A stretch of 39,865 nt of DNA from Caldisericota bacterium (GCA_013151115.1 JAADIW010000065.1:1-39865), one strand, 5' to 3'. Positions 8,840 through 17,403 are shown, counted from the first letter of the stretch. The notes: a model not told the origin generated them from the sequence alone. Translations and numbers: made by a program.

Positions 8840-10499
8840 GTTGCCACCTCCTGAGGATCAGCCTCCCGAGGACGTTATCGAGGAGGAGGATCACGCCCAG
8901 GACCACCAGGATGATCACCACCCCGTACGCGGCGGCCTGGGAGAGGTCGGCGTTGTCCACTTCGTGCAGGAGGGCCACGGTGATGAGTTGCCACTGGGCC
9001 GAGACCACGAACACCACCGCGGAGATGGCGGTGACGCAGCGCACGAAGATGTAGACCATGCCGGAGATGAACGCCGGGGAGATGAGGGGGAGCACGATGC
9101 GCCTGAACGCCCGTGCGAACCCGGCCCCCAGGTCCACCGCCGCCTCCTCGATGGCCGGGTCGACCTGCTGGAGCATGGCCACCGCTTCGCGGATCCCCAC
9201 CGGCATCCGGCGGAAGATGAACACCAGGGCGATGATGGCCGCGGTCCCGGTGAGCTGGAACGGCGGATTGTGGAAGGCGAGGATGTAGCCGATCCCAACG
9301 ATGGTCCCGGGGATGGCGAAGTTGAGCATGGAGAGGAAGTCCATGAGGCCCCGCCCCGGGAAGCGCTTGCGGGTCACCAGGTACGCGATCACCACCGCCA
9401 GGATCCCCCCGATGGGGGTGGCCATCCCCGCGATCTTGAGGGTATCGAGGAGGTAGTCGAGGCCGGTGCTGAACACGTAGCGGAAGTTCTCCAAGGTGAG
9501 GGTGTTGTCCAGGCCCCACATGCGCGTGAGCGACCCGTAGAAGACGAGGCCGTAGAAGAGGAGGATGATCCCCGACAGCACACACAGGACCGCGAACAGT
9601 CCCCACTTGAGCCCCGGGGTGGTGGCCTTGAGGGAGGAGGGGGTGGGGCGGCCGGTGACGGTAACGTAGGAGCGGCGCGAGACCCAGTACCGCTGGAGGA
9701 CGAACGCGAGGAGCGTGGGCACGAGGAGGATCACCGAGAGCGTGGCCGCGAGCGGCAGGTTGTACATCCCCGTCACCGCCAAGTACGCCTGGGTGGTGAG
9801 CACCGGGTAGTGGCCCTGGATGACGATGGGGTTCCCGAAGTCCTCCAGCGATCGGATGAAGACGAGGAGGAGCGCCGAGGCGATCCCCGGGGTCGCGAGC
9901 GGCAGGGTGACCTTGAAGAAGGTCCTGAGCCGCGAGGCCCCGAGGTCCAACGCCGACTCCTCCAACGCCGGATCGATCCCCGACAGCACCCCCTCGAGCG
10001 TCATGAACGCCAGGGGGAAGTAGGCCAAGGTCTCGGTTAGGACCAGCCCCGGGAGCCCATAGATGTCCCAATCGATCCCGAACCGGGCGCGCAGAAACTC
10101 GGTGATGAGGCCGTGGTTCCCCAGCAACAGGATGGCGGCGAGGGCGATCAGGAAGGGGGGCGAGATGATGGGGAAGGTGGCGATCACCTTGAAGAGCGAC
10201 TTCCCCGGGATATCGGTCCGGGTCACGGCGTAGGCGAACACGAACCCGATGATGGTCCCTAGCATCGCCACCAGCCCCCCCACGGTGAGGGAGTTCAAGA
10301 ACGGCCTGATCAGGTACCGCCGCTGGAAGAACTGGAGGAAGTATTTCGGGTTGAACTCCCCGCGGTAGAAGAGGCTCGTGGCCAGGACCCGCACCAGCGG
10401 GTAGACGATGAAGAGCGCGAGCAGGGCGAACACGAGCGTGACCAACAGGAGGAGGAAGGGATCGTGGACGAGGCGCCTCAGCTCCCTGTATCTCTCCAT
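8829..10499 (-). CDS. ABC importer permease, fused two-domain (about 12 TM) FbpB/AfuB/ThiP-like
   Basis: 556 aa, highly hydrophobic, with two tandem binding-protein-dependent transport domains. Overlaps the ATPase gene by 11 nt. Confidence 0.9.
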   Translation of the reverse strand: MERYRELRRLVHDPFLLLLVTLVFALLALFIVYPLVRVLATSLFYRGEFNPKYFLQFFQRRYLIRPFLNSLTVGGLVAMLGTIIGFVFAYAVTRTDIPGKSLFKVIATFPIISPPFLIALAAILLLGNHGLITEFLRARFGIDWDIYGLPGLVLTETLAYFPLAFMTLEGVLSGIDPALEESALDLGASRLRTFFKVTLPLATPGIASALLLVFIRSLEDFGNPIVIQGHYPVLTTQAYLAVTGMYNLPLAATLSVILLVPTLLAFVLQRYWVSRRSYVTVTGRPTPSSLKATTPGLKWGLFAVLCVLSGIILLFYGLVFYGSLTRMWGLDNTLTLENFRYVFSTGLDYLLDTLKIAGMATPIGGILAVVIAYLVTRKRFPGRGLMDFLSMLNFAIPGTIVGIGYILAFHNPPFQLTGTAAIIALVFIFRRMPVGIREAVAMLQQVDPAIEEAAVDLGAGFARAFRRIVLPLISPAFISGMVYIFVRCVTAISAVVFVVSAQWQLITVALLHEVDNADLSQAAAYGVVIILVVLGVILLLDNVLGRLILRRWQRAR

Positions 10500-10515
10500 G
10501 TGACGCGGGGATTCT

Positions 10516-10548
10516 AATTAAAAAGCGGGGGGCGTTCCGCCCCCCGCT
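10516..10548 (-). terminator. intrinsic terminator/attenuator between the binding-protein and permease genes
   Basis: Minus strand reads AGCGGGGGGCG-GAA-CGCCCCCCGCT followed by TTTTAATT. An 11-bp perfect GC stem plus T-run, 19 nt after the SBP stop. Confidence 0.7.
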
Positions 10549-10566
10549 CGGTTCCCCTCCACCGCC

Positions 10567-11562
10567 TCAATAACCGGTGACCTCACGCCAGCGCTCGATC
10601 AGGCGGTCGCGGTTCTGGGCCGCCCAGAGGGCATCGTAATCCACCAGCGGGAGCTGATCCGCGGTGACGAGGCCCTCGGCGAGCTCCGCCTCGGGGTTCA
10701 GCGGCAACCGATACCACTTCTTGAACAGCGACTGGGCCTCGGCGGAGAGCATCCAGTCGTAGAAGATCTTTGCGAGCTCGAGCTCCGGACCGCCCTTGAG
10801 CAGCGCCATGCCGCCCACCTCGTAGCCGGTGCCCTCCTTGGGGAAGGAGAGGACCACCGGGTAGCCCTTGGCGATCCCCTTGGCGATGATGTCGTGGGCG
10901 AAGGCGATGCCGCCGGCCACCTCGCCCAGGCCCACCTCGGTCACGCAGGCCGAACCGGCCCTGGTGTAGTGGTGGATCTGTTCGGAGAGCTTCTTCTCGA
11001 ACTCCAGGGCCTTGTCCTCGCCCAGCAGGAACACCAACGTGGCCAGGCGCGTGTAGCCGGTGCCGGAAGTGTAGGGATAGGCCATGGAGAGCTCTCCCTT
11101 GAACACGGGGTCGAGGAGGTCATACCAGGAGTCCGGGGGCTCGATCCCGTGCTTCTCGAGGAAGTCCTTGTTGGTCACGAACCCGATGAAGCCGAGGTAG
11201 ATCCCGACCCAGTAGCCCTCGGGATCCTTGAACTTCTTGTCCAGGTACTGCCACCCCAGCGACTCGGTGTAGGGCTCGAGGAGCCCGTCCATCTTGGCGA
11301 CGATGAAGGTGTCGCTCGGGCCGCCGAACCAGAGGCTGGCCTGGGGCTTGCCCGCCTCGGCGCGGAGCCGGGCCAACACCTCACCGGCGGAGAGCCGCAC
11401 CCACTGCACGTCGATGTCCGGGTGTGTCGCCTCGAAGGCCTCGATGTAGATCTTCGCCTCGTCCACATCCAGGGCGGTGTAGACGTGGAGGACCTTCTTC
11501 TCCGCCGCCCCGACCAGCGCGATACCCAACAGGAGAACGCCCAAAAGCAGCGCTTTACGCAT
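10567..11562 (-). CDS. ABC importer periplasmic substrate-binding protein (AfuA/FbpA-like, ligand unknown)
   Basis: 331 aa, signal peptide MRKALLLGVLLLGIALVGAA, class-II SBP layout of the Fe3+/sugar-phosphate family. AAGGAGGTGAGT RBS. Confidence 0.85.
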   Translation of the reverse strand: MRKALLLGVLLLGIALVGAAEKKVLHVYTALDVDEAKIYIEAFEATHPDIDVQWVRLSAGEVLARLRAEAGKPQASLWFGGPSDTFIVAKMDGLLEPYTESLGWQYLDKKFKDPEGYWVGIYLGFIGFVTNKDFLEKHGIEPPDSWYDLLDPVFKGELSMAYPYTSGTGYTRLATLVFLLGEDKALEFEKKLSEQIHHYTRAGSACVTEVGLGEVAGGIAFAHDIIAKGIAKGYPVVLSFPKEGTGYEVGGMALLKGGPELELAKIFYDWMLSAEAQSLFKKWYRLPLNPEAELAEGLVTADQLPLVDYDALWAAQNRDRLIERWREVTGY

Positions 11563-11645
11563 AACTCACCTCCTTAAGAAAGTTCCCGCGGTGGATCGTG
11601 AATACCGGCACTCACCTCCTTGCCGTGTTCCAGCGTTTGCAATTT

Positions 11646-11675
11646 AGCATAGCCCGCTCCGGTCCGCCCCGTCAA
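11646..11675 (-). promoter_or_regulatory. sigma70-like promoter (TTGACG-N18-TATGCT) for the Afu-like ABC operon
   Basis: Read on the minus strand directly after the tbpA stop: TTGACG (11675..11670), 18 nt spacer, TATGCT (11651..11646). Confidence 0.45.
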
Positions 11676-11696
11676 GTGCCCCCGGGGGAAGGCCCC

Positions 11697-12719
11697 TCAA
11701 CCGCGGATGAGGAGCCGTTGCCAGGTCGAGATCCATCCCTCGAGCTCCTCCCCCACCTCGACGGGGGGGAGCCACGCCGGCGTCTCCGGGATCACCGCGT
11801 GTTCCGCGAAGTCCGGGGGGAGCTCGGCGGCCTCGCTCACCGGGAACATCCACTGGGTGGTGGGGATCATCTCCTGGACGTCCCGCGAGAGCACCAGATC
11901 CATGAACTCGTGGGCGAGCTCGCGTTGGTCCGACCCCCTCACGATCCCCATCCACTCCACGAACCGATAGGCCTCCCCGTCGAAGAGCGTCACCCGATAC
12001 CGGAGCGACCGGTGTTCGATCCAGGAATAGGCGGTGTCGGTGGTGAAGGAGAGGACGATGGGAGCCTCCCCGGCGAGGAACATGTCGTAGGCCTCGGACC
12101 AGCCCTTGGTCACCACGAGTACGTTCCGCAGGAGCGCGCGCCAGAAATCGACCCAGCCGCGCTCCCCGAAGCGCCAGATGGTCCAGAGGAGGAGGGCCCG
12201 CCCGGTGGATGAGGTACGGGGATCCTGGACGATGATCTTCCCCCTGAGCTCACAGCGGAGGAGGTCCCCGAAGCTCCGGGGGACGAGCTTCTCCGGGAGC
12301 GCCGTGGAATCGTAGACGAACGCCACGTACCCCTGATCGAACGGGAGCGCCATCCCCCGGGGCTCGATCCCGAGGAGTTCCGCGGGGATGTGGGCGATAT
12401 TGGGGACGAGGCCCGGGTCGTAGGGCTCGAGATATGCGCTCGCCCGGACGAGGTCCGCGTCGCTTATCCCCATGAAGACGTCGGCATCGGTGCCCCCGGC
12501 CTCGATCTCGGCGATCATCCGCGACAGGGTCTCGGATGAGCCCCCGGGCGCCACCCAGATGAGGTCGACGCCGGGATGGGCCGCCTCGAAGGCCTCCTCG
12601 ATCCTCGCCGCCGGCCCCCAGGAGACGAAGGAGTCGTATGTGTAAACGTAGAGTTCCTCCGCCCCCAACGCCGCGGCGCCGGCGACGACCGCCGCCAGCA
12701 ACGCCTTGACGATCCTCAT
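11697..12719 (-). CDS. tbpA: thiamine/TPP ABC transporter substrate-binding protein
   Basis: Signal peptide, then VYTYDSF, PFDQGYVAFVYD, QDPRTSSTG, VTKGWSEAY, LSFTTD, QWMFPV and WISTWQRL. These are the hallmark blocks of the enterobacterial TbpA (ThiB) family. ATG 12719 has a GGAAAGGAGGGACCG RBS and overlaps the thiL stop (ATGA). Confidence 0.88.
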   Translation of the reverse strand: MRIVKALLAAVVAGAAALGAEELYVYTYDSFVSWGPAARIEEAFEAAHPGVDLIWVAPGGSSETLSRMIAEIEAGGTDADVFMGISDADLVRASAYLEPYDPGLVPNIAHIPAELLGIEPRGMALPFDQGYVAFVYDSTALPEKLVPRSFGDLLRCELRGKIIVQDPRTSSTGRALLLWTIWRFGERGWVDFWRALLRNVLVVTKGWSEAYDMFLAGEAPIVLSFTTDTAYSWIEHRSLRYRVTLFDGEAYRFVEWMGIVRGSDQRELAHEFMDLVLSRDVQEMIPTTQWMFPVSEAAELPPDFAEHAVIPETPAWLPPVEVGEELEGWISTWQRLLIRG

Positions 12720-13633
12720 CGGTCCCTCCTTTCGTCCGGAAACGCGTCGGATTCCCCCGCGACGGACCGGCCTCCCCCGTGCTCCCATCCCCGGTCCGGG
12801 ACCCGCCTCAATCGGCCGCGGCCCCTACACCAAACGCCGGCCTCCTCGACCACTTCCCCGATCTCGATCCAGGGCCCCGGGGGAAGCGCCCCCTCCGGCG
12901 CGGTGAAGAGGAGCTCGTAGTCCTCGCCGAAGTAGAACACCTCCTCCAGCTCCCCCGGCCCGAGGCCCTCCGTCAACGGGACCCTCTCCGCCTCAACCAC
13001 GAGCCCGATCCCCGAGGCCCGGGAGAGGAGGTGGAGGGAATGCGCCAGGGAGTCGGAGAGATCGATCATCGCGGTGGCGACGCCCACGAGGGCACGTCCC
13101 TCGGTTATACGCGGGCTGAACCGGAAGAGTTCGTTGGCCTCCGCGTGCCTCCCCTGCGAGAAGAGCCTCAGCGCCAAGTAAGTGCGCCCCAGGGGGCCGG
13201 TGAGGTAGAGGCGGTCCCCCGGGCGTGCCCCGGAGCGCAGCACGGGGCGCTCCGCCTCCCCTAACCCCGAGGAGATCAGGAAAAGCTCGGCGGAAACGTC
13301 CAGGTCGCCGCCCACGAGCTCGGTCCCGGCCGCGCGGGCACAGTCCTCGGCCCCGCGCAGGATCCCCTCGAAGGGCTCCTCCAAATCCGGTGCGGACAGC
13401 GCGAGGGCCACCCCCAACGGGCGTCCCCCCATGGCGGCGACATCGGAGAGGGTGACGGCCACGGCCCGCCATCCCATGGTGTAGTGGTCCGTGCCCCGGG
13501 GGAAGTCCGCGGAGCGGTGGAGCACGTCGATGGTGAGGAGGAGGTTCGTCCCGCGGAAGGGGATGACGGCGCAATCGTCCCCGGCCCGGGGGACTTCCGC
13601 CGCGATCCTGCGCAGGAGCTCCCACTCGGACAC
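12716..13633 (-). CDS. thiL: thiamine-monophosphate kinase
   Basis: AIR-synthase-related fold with AGDDCAV and TIDVL motifs. GTG 13633 lies 7 nt after AAAGGAGG; the ORF-track start at 13660 lies upstream of that RBS. Confidence 0.88.
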   Translation of the reverse strand: MSEWELLRRIAAEVPRAGDDCAVIPFRGTNLLLTIDVLHRSADFPRGTDHYTMGWRAVAVTLSDVAAMGGRPLGVALALSAPDLEEPFEGILRGAEDCARAAGTELVGGDLDVSAELFLISSGLGEAERPVLRSGARPGDRLYLTGPLGRTYLALRLFSQGRHAEANELFRFSPRITEGRALVGVATAMIDLSDSLAHSLHLLSRASGIGLVVEAERVPLTEGLGPGELEEVFYFGEDYELLFTAPEGALPPGPWIEIGEVVEEAGVWCRGRGRLRRVPDRGWEHGGGRSVAGESDAFPDERRDR

Positions 13634-13690
13634 GCCCACGCCTCCTTTCCGGGGTAACACGGGGGAGAAAGGACGTGGGCAGTGCCGGCG

Positions 13691-13800
13691 CCGAGGTAAC
13701 CCTCCCTACGCTGGCATTACCCAGGTCAGGTTCCAGGGGTCGGGGCCTCCCCAGGCCCCCTCTCAGCCCCTAGGAAGGAGCTCCCCCGGTTACCTCCGAG
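13691..13800 (-). promoter_or_regulatory. TPP (THI-box) riboswitch
   Basis: Minus strand: GGAGGUAACC...CCUAGGGGCUGAGAGGGGGCC...GGCCCCGACCCCUGGAACCUGACCUGGGUAAUGCCAGCGUAGGGAGGGUUACCUC. The CUGAGA, ACCUGA and UAAUGCCAGCGUAGGGA cores and a closing P1 helix are all present. TATAAT box at 13810..13805 just upstream. Confidence 0.9.
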
Positions 13801-13839
13801 CGGGATTATAGGGCAAACGCGGCGGGGATAAACCCCACG

Positions 13840-15156
13840 TCAGCCGCCCACCGCCGCGGCGAACGCCTCGTCCAGGATCTCCAACGCCTCGGCGATCTCC
13901 TCGTCGGAGACCACCAGCGGGACGAGCATCCGGATCACGTTCCCATAGAGCCCGGCGGTGGGGAAGATGAGGCCCCGCCGGATCGCCTCCCGCGCGACCC
14001 GCTTCGTCTCCTCCGCGGCGGGCTCCTTGGTCTCCCGGTCCCTGACGAGCTCCATCCCCACCATCGCCCCGAGGCCCCGCACGTCCCCGATGAGCTCGTA
14101 CTTCCCCTGTAGCTCCTTGAAGCCCCGGAGCAGGAGCTCCCCCACGTGGAGGGCCCTCTCCAGGAGGTTCTCCTCCTCCACCACGTCCAGGACCGCCAGC
14201 GCCGCGGCGCAGGCGAGGGGGTTGCCCACGTAGGTCCCCCCGATGGAACCCGCGATCGGCTTGTCCATGAGCTCCGCCTTCCCCACCACCCCCGAGAGGG
14301 GCATCCCCCCGGCGATGGACTTGGCGAAGGTGATGAGATCCGGCTCCACCCCGAAGTGCTCGGAGGCGAAGAACTTACCGGTGCGCCCCACCCCGGTCTG
14401 GACCTCGTCGCAGACGAGGAGGAACCCGTATCTGTCGGCGAGCTCCCGCAGGAACGGGAGGAAATCCGGCGGGGGCACGATGAACCCTCCCTCCCCGATC
14501 ACCGGCTCCACCACACAACAGGCGACCTCCCCCGGATCCACGAGCGCCAACAGCCGGCGCTCGATCTCCTCCAAGGGCACCGGGCTCCGGTAGGGATAGG
14601 GGTAGGGAAGGCGGAACACATCCGGGGCATAGGGGCCGAAGCCGGCCTTGTAGGGGATGGCCTTGTGGGTCATGGTCATGGCGAGGAAGGTCCGGCCGTG
14701 GAAGGCATATTCGAACACGAGGACCGCCTTCCTCCCCGTGGCGGCCCGCGCTATCTTCACCGCGTTCTCCACCGCCTCCGCCCCCGAGTTGAAGAAGGCG
14801 CATTTCTTCGGGGAGGGCCCCGGCGCGAGCCCCGCGATCCGCTCGGCCAGCGTCACGAACACCTCGTAGGGGACGGCGGTGAAATCGGTGTGGAGGAACG
14901 CCTCGGCCTGGCGCACGATCGCTTCCACCACCTTGGGGTGGTTGTGGCCCACGTTGAGGACGCCCCACCCCCCGGAGAAGTCCAGGAACCTGTTCCCGTC
15001 CAGGTCCTCCACGATAACCCCGCGGGCCCTGGCGACCACCGCCGGCACGAAGGGCGAGATCGCCGCCGAGACGTATCCCCTCATACGCTCGAGCACCTCC
15101 CGGGATTTGGGACCGGGAAGCTCCGTCGCGATACGCACGAACCGTTTAACGTACAT
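13840..15156 (-). CDS. class-III PLP aminotransferase (4-aminobutyrate / omega-amino acid aminotransferase family)
   Basis: 438 aa. GGWGVLNVGHNHP, FNSGAEAVE, DEVQTGVGRTG and TFAKSIAGG (PLP lysine) motifs. AAGGAGGGAG RBS 15 nt after the upstream gene stop. Confidence 0.88.
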   Translation of the reverse strand: MYVKRFVRIATELPGPKSREVLERMRGYVSAAISPFVPAVVARARGVIVEDLDGNRFLDFSGGWGVLNVGHNHPKVVEAIVRQAEAFLHTDFTAVPYEVFVTLAERIAGLAPGPSPKKCAFFNSGAEAVENAVKIARAATGRKAVLVFEYAFHGRTFLAMTMTHKAIPYKAGFGPYAPDVFRLPYPYPYRSPVPLEEIERRLLALVDPGEVACCVVEPVIGEGGFIVPPPDFLPFLRELADRYGFLLVCDEVQTGVGRTGKFFASEHFGVEPDLITFAKSIAGGMPLSGVVGKAELMDKPIAGSIGGTYVGNPLACAAALAVLDVVEEENLLERALHVGELLLRGFKELQGKYELIGDVRGLGAMVGMELVRDRETKEPAAEETKRVAREAIRRGLIFPTAGLYGNVIRMLVPLVVSDEEIAEALEILDEAFAAAVGG

Positions 15157-15171
15157 CTCCCTCCTTTCGGG

Positions 15172-16020
15172 CTAGCCCCAGGTGAAGATCTCCCCCGGGG
15201 GGACGAACGTGACCCTGAAGGGGAGATCCAACGCCGCGATCTCCTCCTCCACCTTGGGGAGATCGCGGCGGTAACGGCTGGAGAGGTGGAAGAGGATGAG
15301 CTCCTTCCTCACGCCCGCCTCCCGCGCCACCTCGATCGCCTCCCAGACCGTGGAGTGCTTGTACTCCTTGCGATCCGCGTCGTCGAGGAAGGTGGCCTCG
15401 TGACAGAGGACCTCGGTGTCCCGGATGAAGACCGGCTTCAGGGGCACGGAATCGCCACCATAAGTGAAGATCCGCTGGTCGTATTCCTCGGTGATCTCGT
15501 CCTTCTTCCCCGCGCGCACGAGCGCGGCGATCTCCTTCTGGGGGAGATCCCGGTACTCGGGCTTGAGCCGCCTCCGGCGCTCCACGATGTTGTAGCCCAA
15601 CGAGATCTCGTTGGGGGAATGCACGGTGGCGAACGCCTCCAGATATCGCCCGTGGCGCTTCGCCTCGAGGAGGGGGATCCGGTCCCCCGGCTGGATCGGC
15701 ACCCACTCGAGGTTGTAGCGTAGCTTCCGGTTGGTGCGGGAAAAATAAACGATCAGTTCGGATATGAAATGGTTGCCGGCGGGGAAGTAGACGGTGAGGT
15801 CCTTCTCGCGGTCCCCCATGGCGTTGTTGCGGATGTTGATGAGCCCCATGAGGCCGGAGATGTGATCGGCGTGGCCGTGGGAGAGGAAGACCCGTTGGAT
15901 GGCGTAGACCTTGTTCTCCAGGTACGAGCTCACCCCCTCCCCGCAATCGAACAGGATCCTGTCGGGGGCGTAATAGAACCAGGTGGAATAAAGCGCTTTG
16001 GAGTACGCAATGAGCTTCAT
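15172..16020 (-). CDS. MBL-fold metallo-hydrolase (RNase Z/ElaC-like)
   Basis: 282 aa with the SHGHADH metal-binding motif. Locally lower GC than its neighbours. Confidence 0.75.
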   Translation of the reverse strand: MKLIAYSKALYSTWFYYAPDRILFDCGEGVSSYLENKVYAIQRVFLSHGHADHISGLMGLINIRNNAMGDREKDLTVYFPAGNHFISELIVYFSRTNRKLRYNLEWVPIQPGDRIPLLEAKRHGRYLEAFATVHSPNEISLGYNIVERRRRLKPEYRDLPQKEIAALVRAGKKDEITEEYDQRIFTYGGDSVPLKPVFIRDTEVLCHEATFLDDADRKEYKHSTVWEAIEVAREAGVRKELILFHLSSRYRRDLPKVEEEIAALDLPFRVTFVPPGEIFTWG

Positions 16021-16137
16021 CGGCCTCCTCCGTACCCTCGGTTCAGCGAGGTGCTTCCGCCTTCGGGGGCATCGTGAGAAACCCGCGCCGATTATACCCT
16101 GGGCATCTTGTCGCTTCTAAAGCTAAAATTGTGCGCC

Positions 16138-17403
16138 ATGCTCGATATCCAACGGATCCGGGAAGATCCGGAGGGGGTCCTCGCGCGCCTGCGCCGCCGC
16201 GATCCCTCCATCTCCCTCGACCGCCTCCTGGAGCTCGACGCCAAGCGGCGGGAGCTGATCCGCCGGGTGGAATCCCTGCGCCACGAGCAGAACCGTGGCT
16301 CCGAGGAGGTGGCGAGGCTCCAACGGGACGGGAGGAAGGGGGAGGCCCAAGCCCTCATCGCGCGTCTGCGGGAGCTCTCCGCGGAGATAAAGGCCCTGGA
16401 GCGGGAACTCGGGGAGGTCCAAGGGGAACTCCGCGCGGAGCTCCTCGCGCTCCCCAACCTCCCCCACGACTCGGTCCCCCCGGGGCCGGAGAAGGTGGTG
16501 CTGCGGGAATGGGGGGAAAGGCCCGCGTTCGATTTCGAGCCGAAAAACCACGTGGAGCTCGGGAGATCCCTGGGCATCCTCGACTTCGAGCGGGCGGCGA
16601 CCATCGCCGCGGCCCGCTTCCCCCTGTACCGCGGCGCCGGGGCCCTGCTCGAGCTCTCGCTGCTCTCGTGGATGTTCGAACTCCACGTGCGCCAACACGG
16701 GTACATCCCGGTGCTCCCGCCCATCCTCGCCAACCGCAGATCGTTCGAGGTATCGGGGCAGCTCCCGAAGTTCGCCGACGAGCTCTACCACTGCCCCGCC
16801 GACGACCTCTTCCTGAACCCCACGGCGGAGTCCCTGCTGGCGAACCTCCACCGTGACGAGATCCTCTCCGAGGATGAACTCCCCCTCCGGTATGTGGCGT
16901 ACACCCCCTGTTTTCGGCGGGAGGCGGGGACGTGGGGGGAGGCCCAGCGGGGCCTCATCCGGATGCACCAGTTCAACAAGGTGGAGCTCTTCCACTACAC
17001 CACCCCGGAGCGTTCCTACGCCGACCTCGAGGAGCTCATCGGCCACGCGGAGGTCATCCTCCAGCGGCTCGGGCTCCATTACCGCGTGACCCTCCTCCCC
17101 GCCGACGACCTCGCCCATCAATCCGCCAAGACCGTCGACCTCGAGGTCTGGCTCCCGGCCCAGGGGCGCTACTACGAGGTCTCCTCCTGTTCCAACTGCG
17201 AGGACTTCCAGGCCAGACGCGGCAATATCCGCTACCGGCCCAGAGGGGGCGGCAAACCCCGGTTCGTCCACACCCTGAACGGCTCCGGGCTGGCCACTTC
17301 GCGCCTCTTCGCCGCGATCCTCGAACAGAACCAGCGCCCCGACGGCTCGGTGGTCCTCCCGGAGGTCCTGGCGGAGCGGCTGGGGATCGGCGTCCTCCGC
17401 TGA
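16138..17403 (+). CDS. serS: seryl-tRNA synthetase
   Basis: MLDIQRIRE N-terminus, coiled-coil tRNA-binding arm, class-II motifs TPCFRREAG and NGSGLATSR. The ORF-track TTG at 16108 adds 10 non-conserved residues. Confidence 0.93.
   Translation: MLDIQRIREDPEGVLARLRRRDPSISLDRLLELDAKRRELIRRVESLRHEQNRGSEEVARLQRDGRKGEAQALIARLRELSAEIKALERELGEVQGELRAELLALPNLPHDSVPPGPEKVVLREWGERPAFDFEPKNHVELGRSLGILDFERAATIAAARFPLYRGAGALLELSLLSWMFELHVRQHGYIPVLPPILANRRSFEVSGQLPKFADELYHCPADDLFLNPTAESLLANLHRDEILSEDELPLRYVAYTPCFRREAGTWGEAQRGLIRMHQFNKVELFHYTTPERSYADLEELIGHAEVILQRLGLHYRVTLLPADDLAHQSAKTVDLEVWLPAQGRYYEVSSCSNCEDFQARRGNIRYRPRGGGKPRFVHTLNGSGLATSRLFAAILEQNQRPDGSVVLPEVLAERLGIGVLR

Noticed and set aside
11676-11700. 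GGGGCCTTCCCCCGGGGGCAC after the tbpA stop as an intrinsic terminator
   Set aside because: Only a 4-bp GGGG/CCCC stem or a loopless CCCCCGGGGG palindrome is possible, and there is no T-run. It overlaps the -35 region of the next promoter instead.
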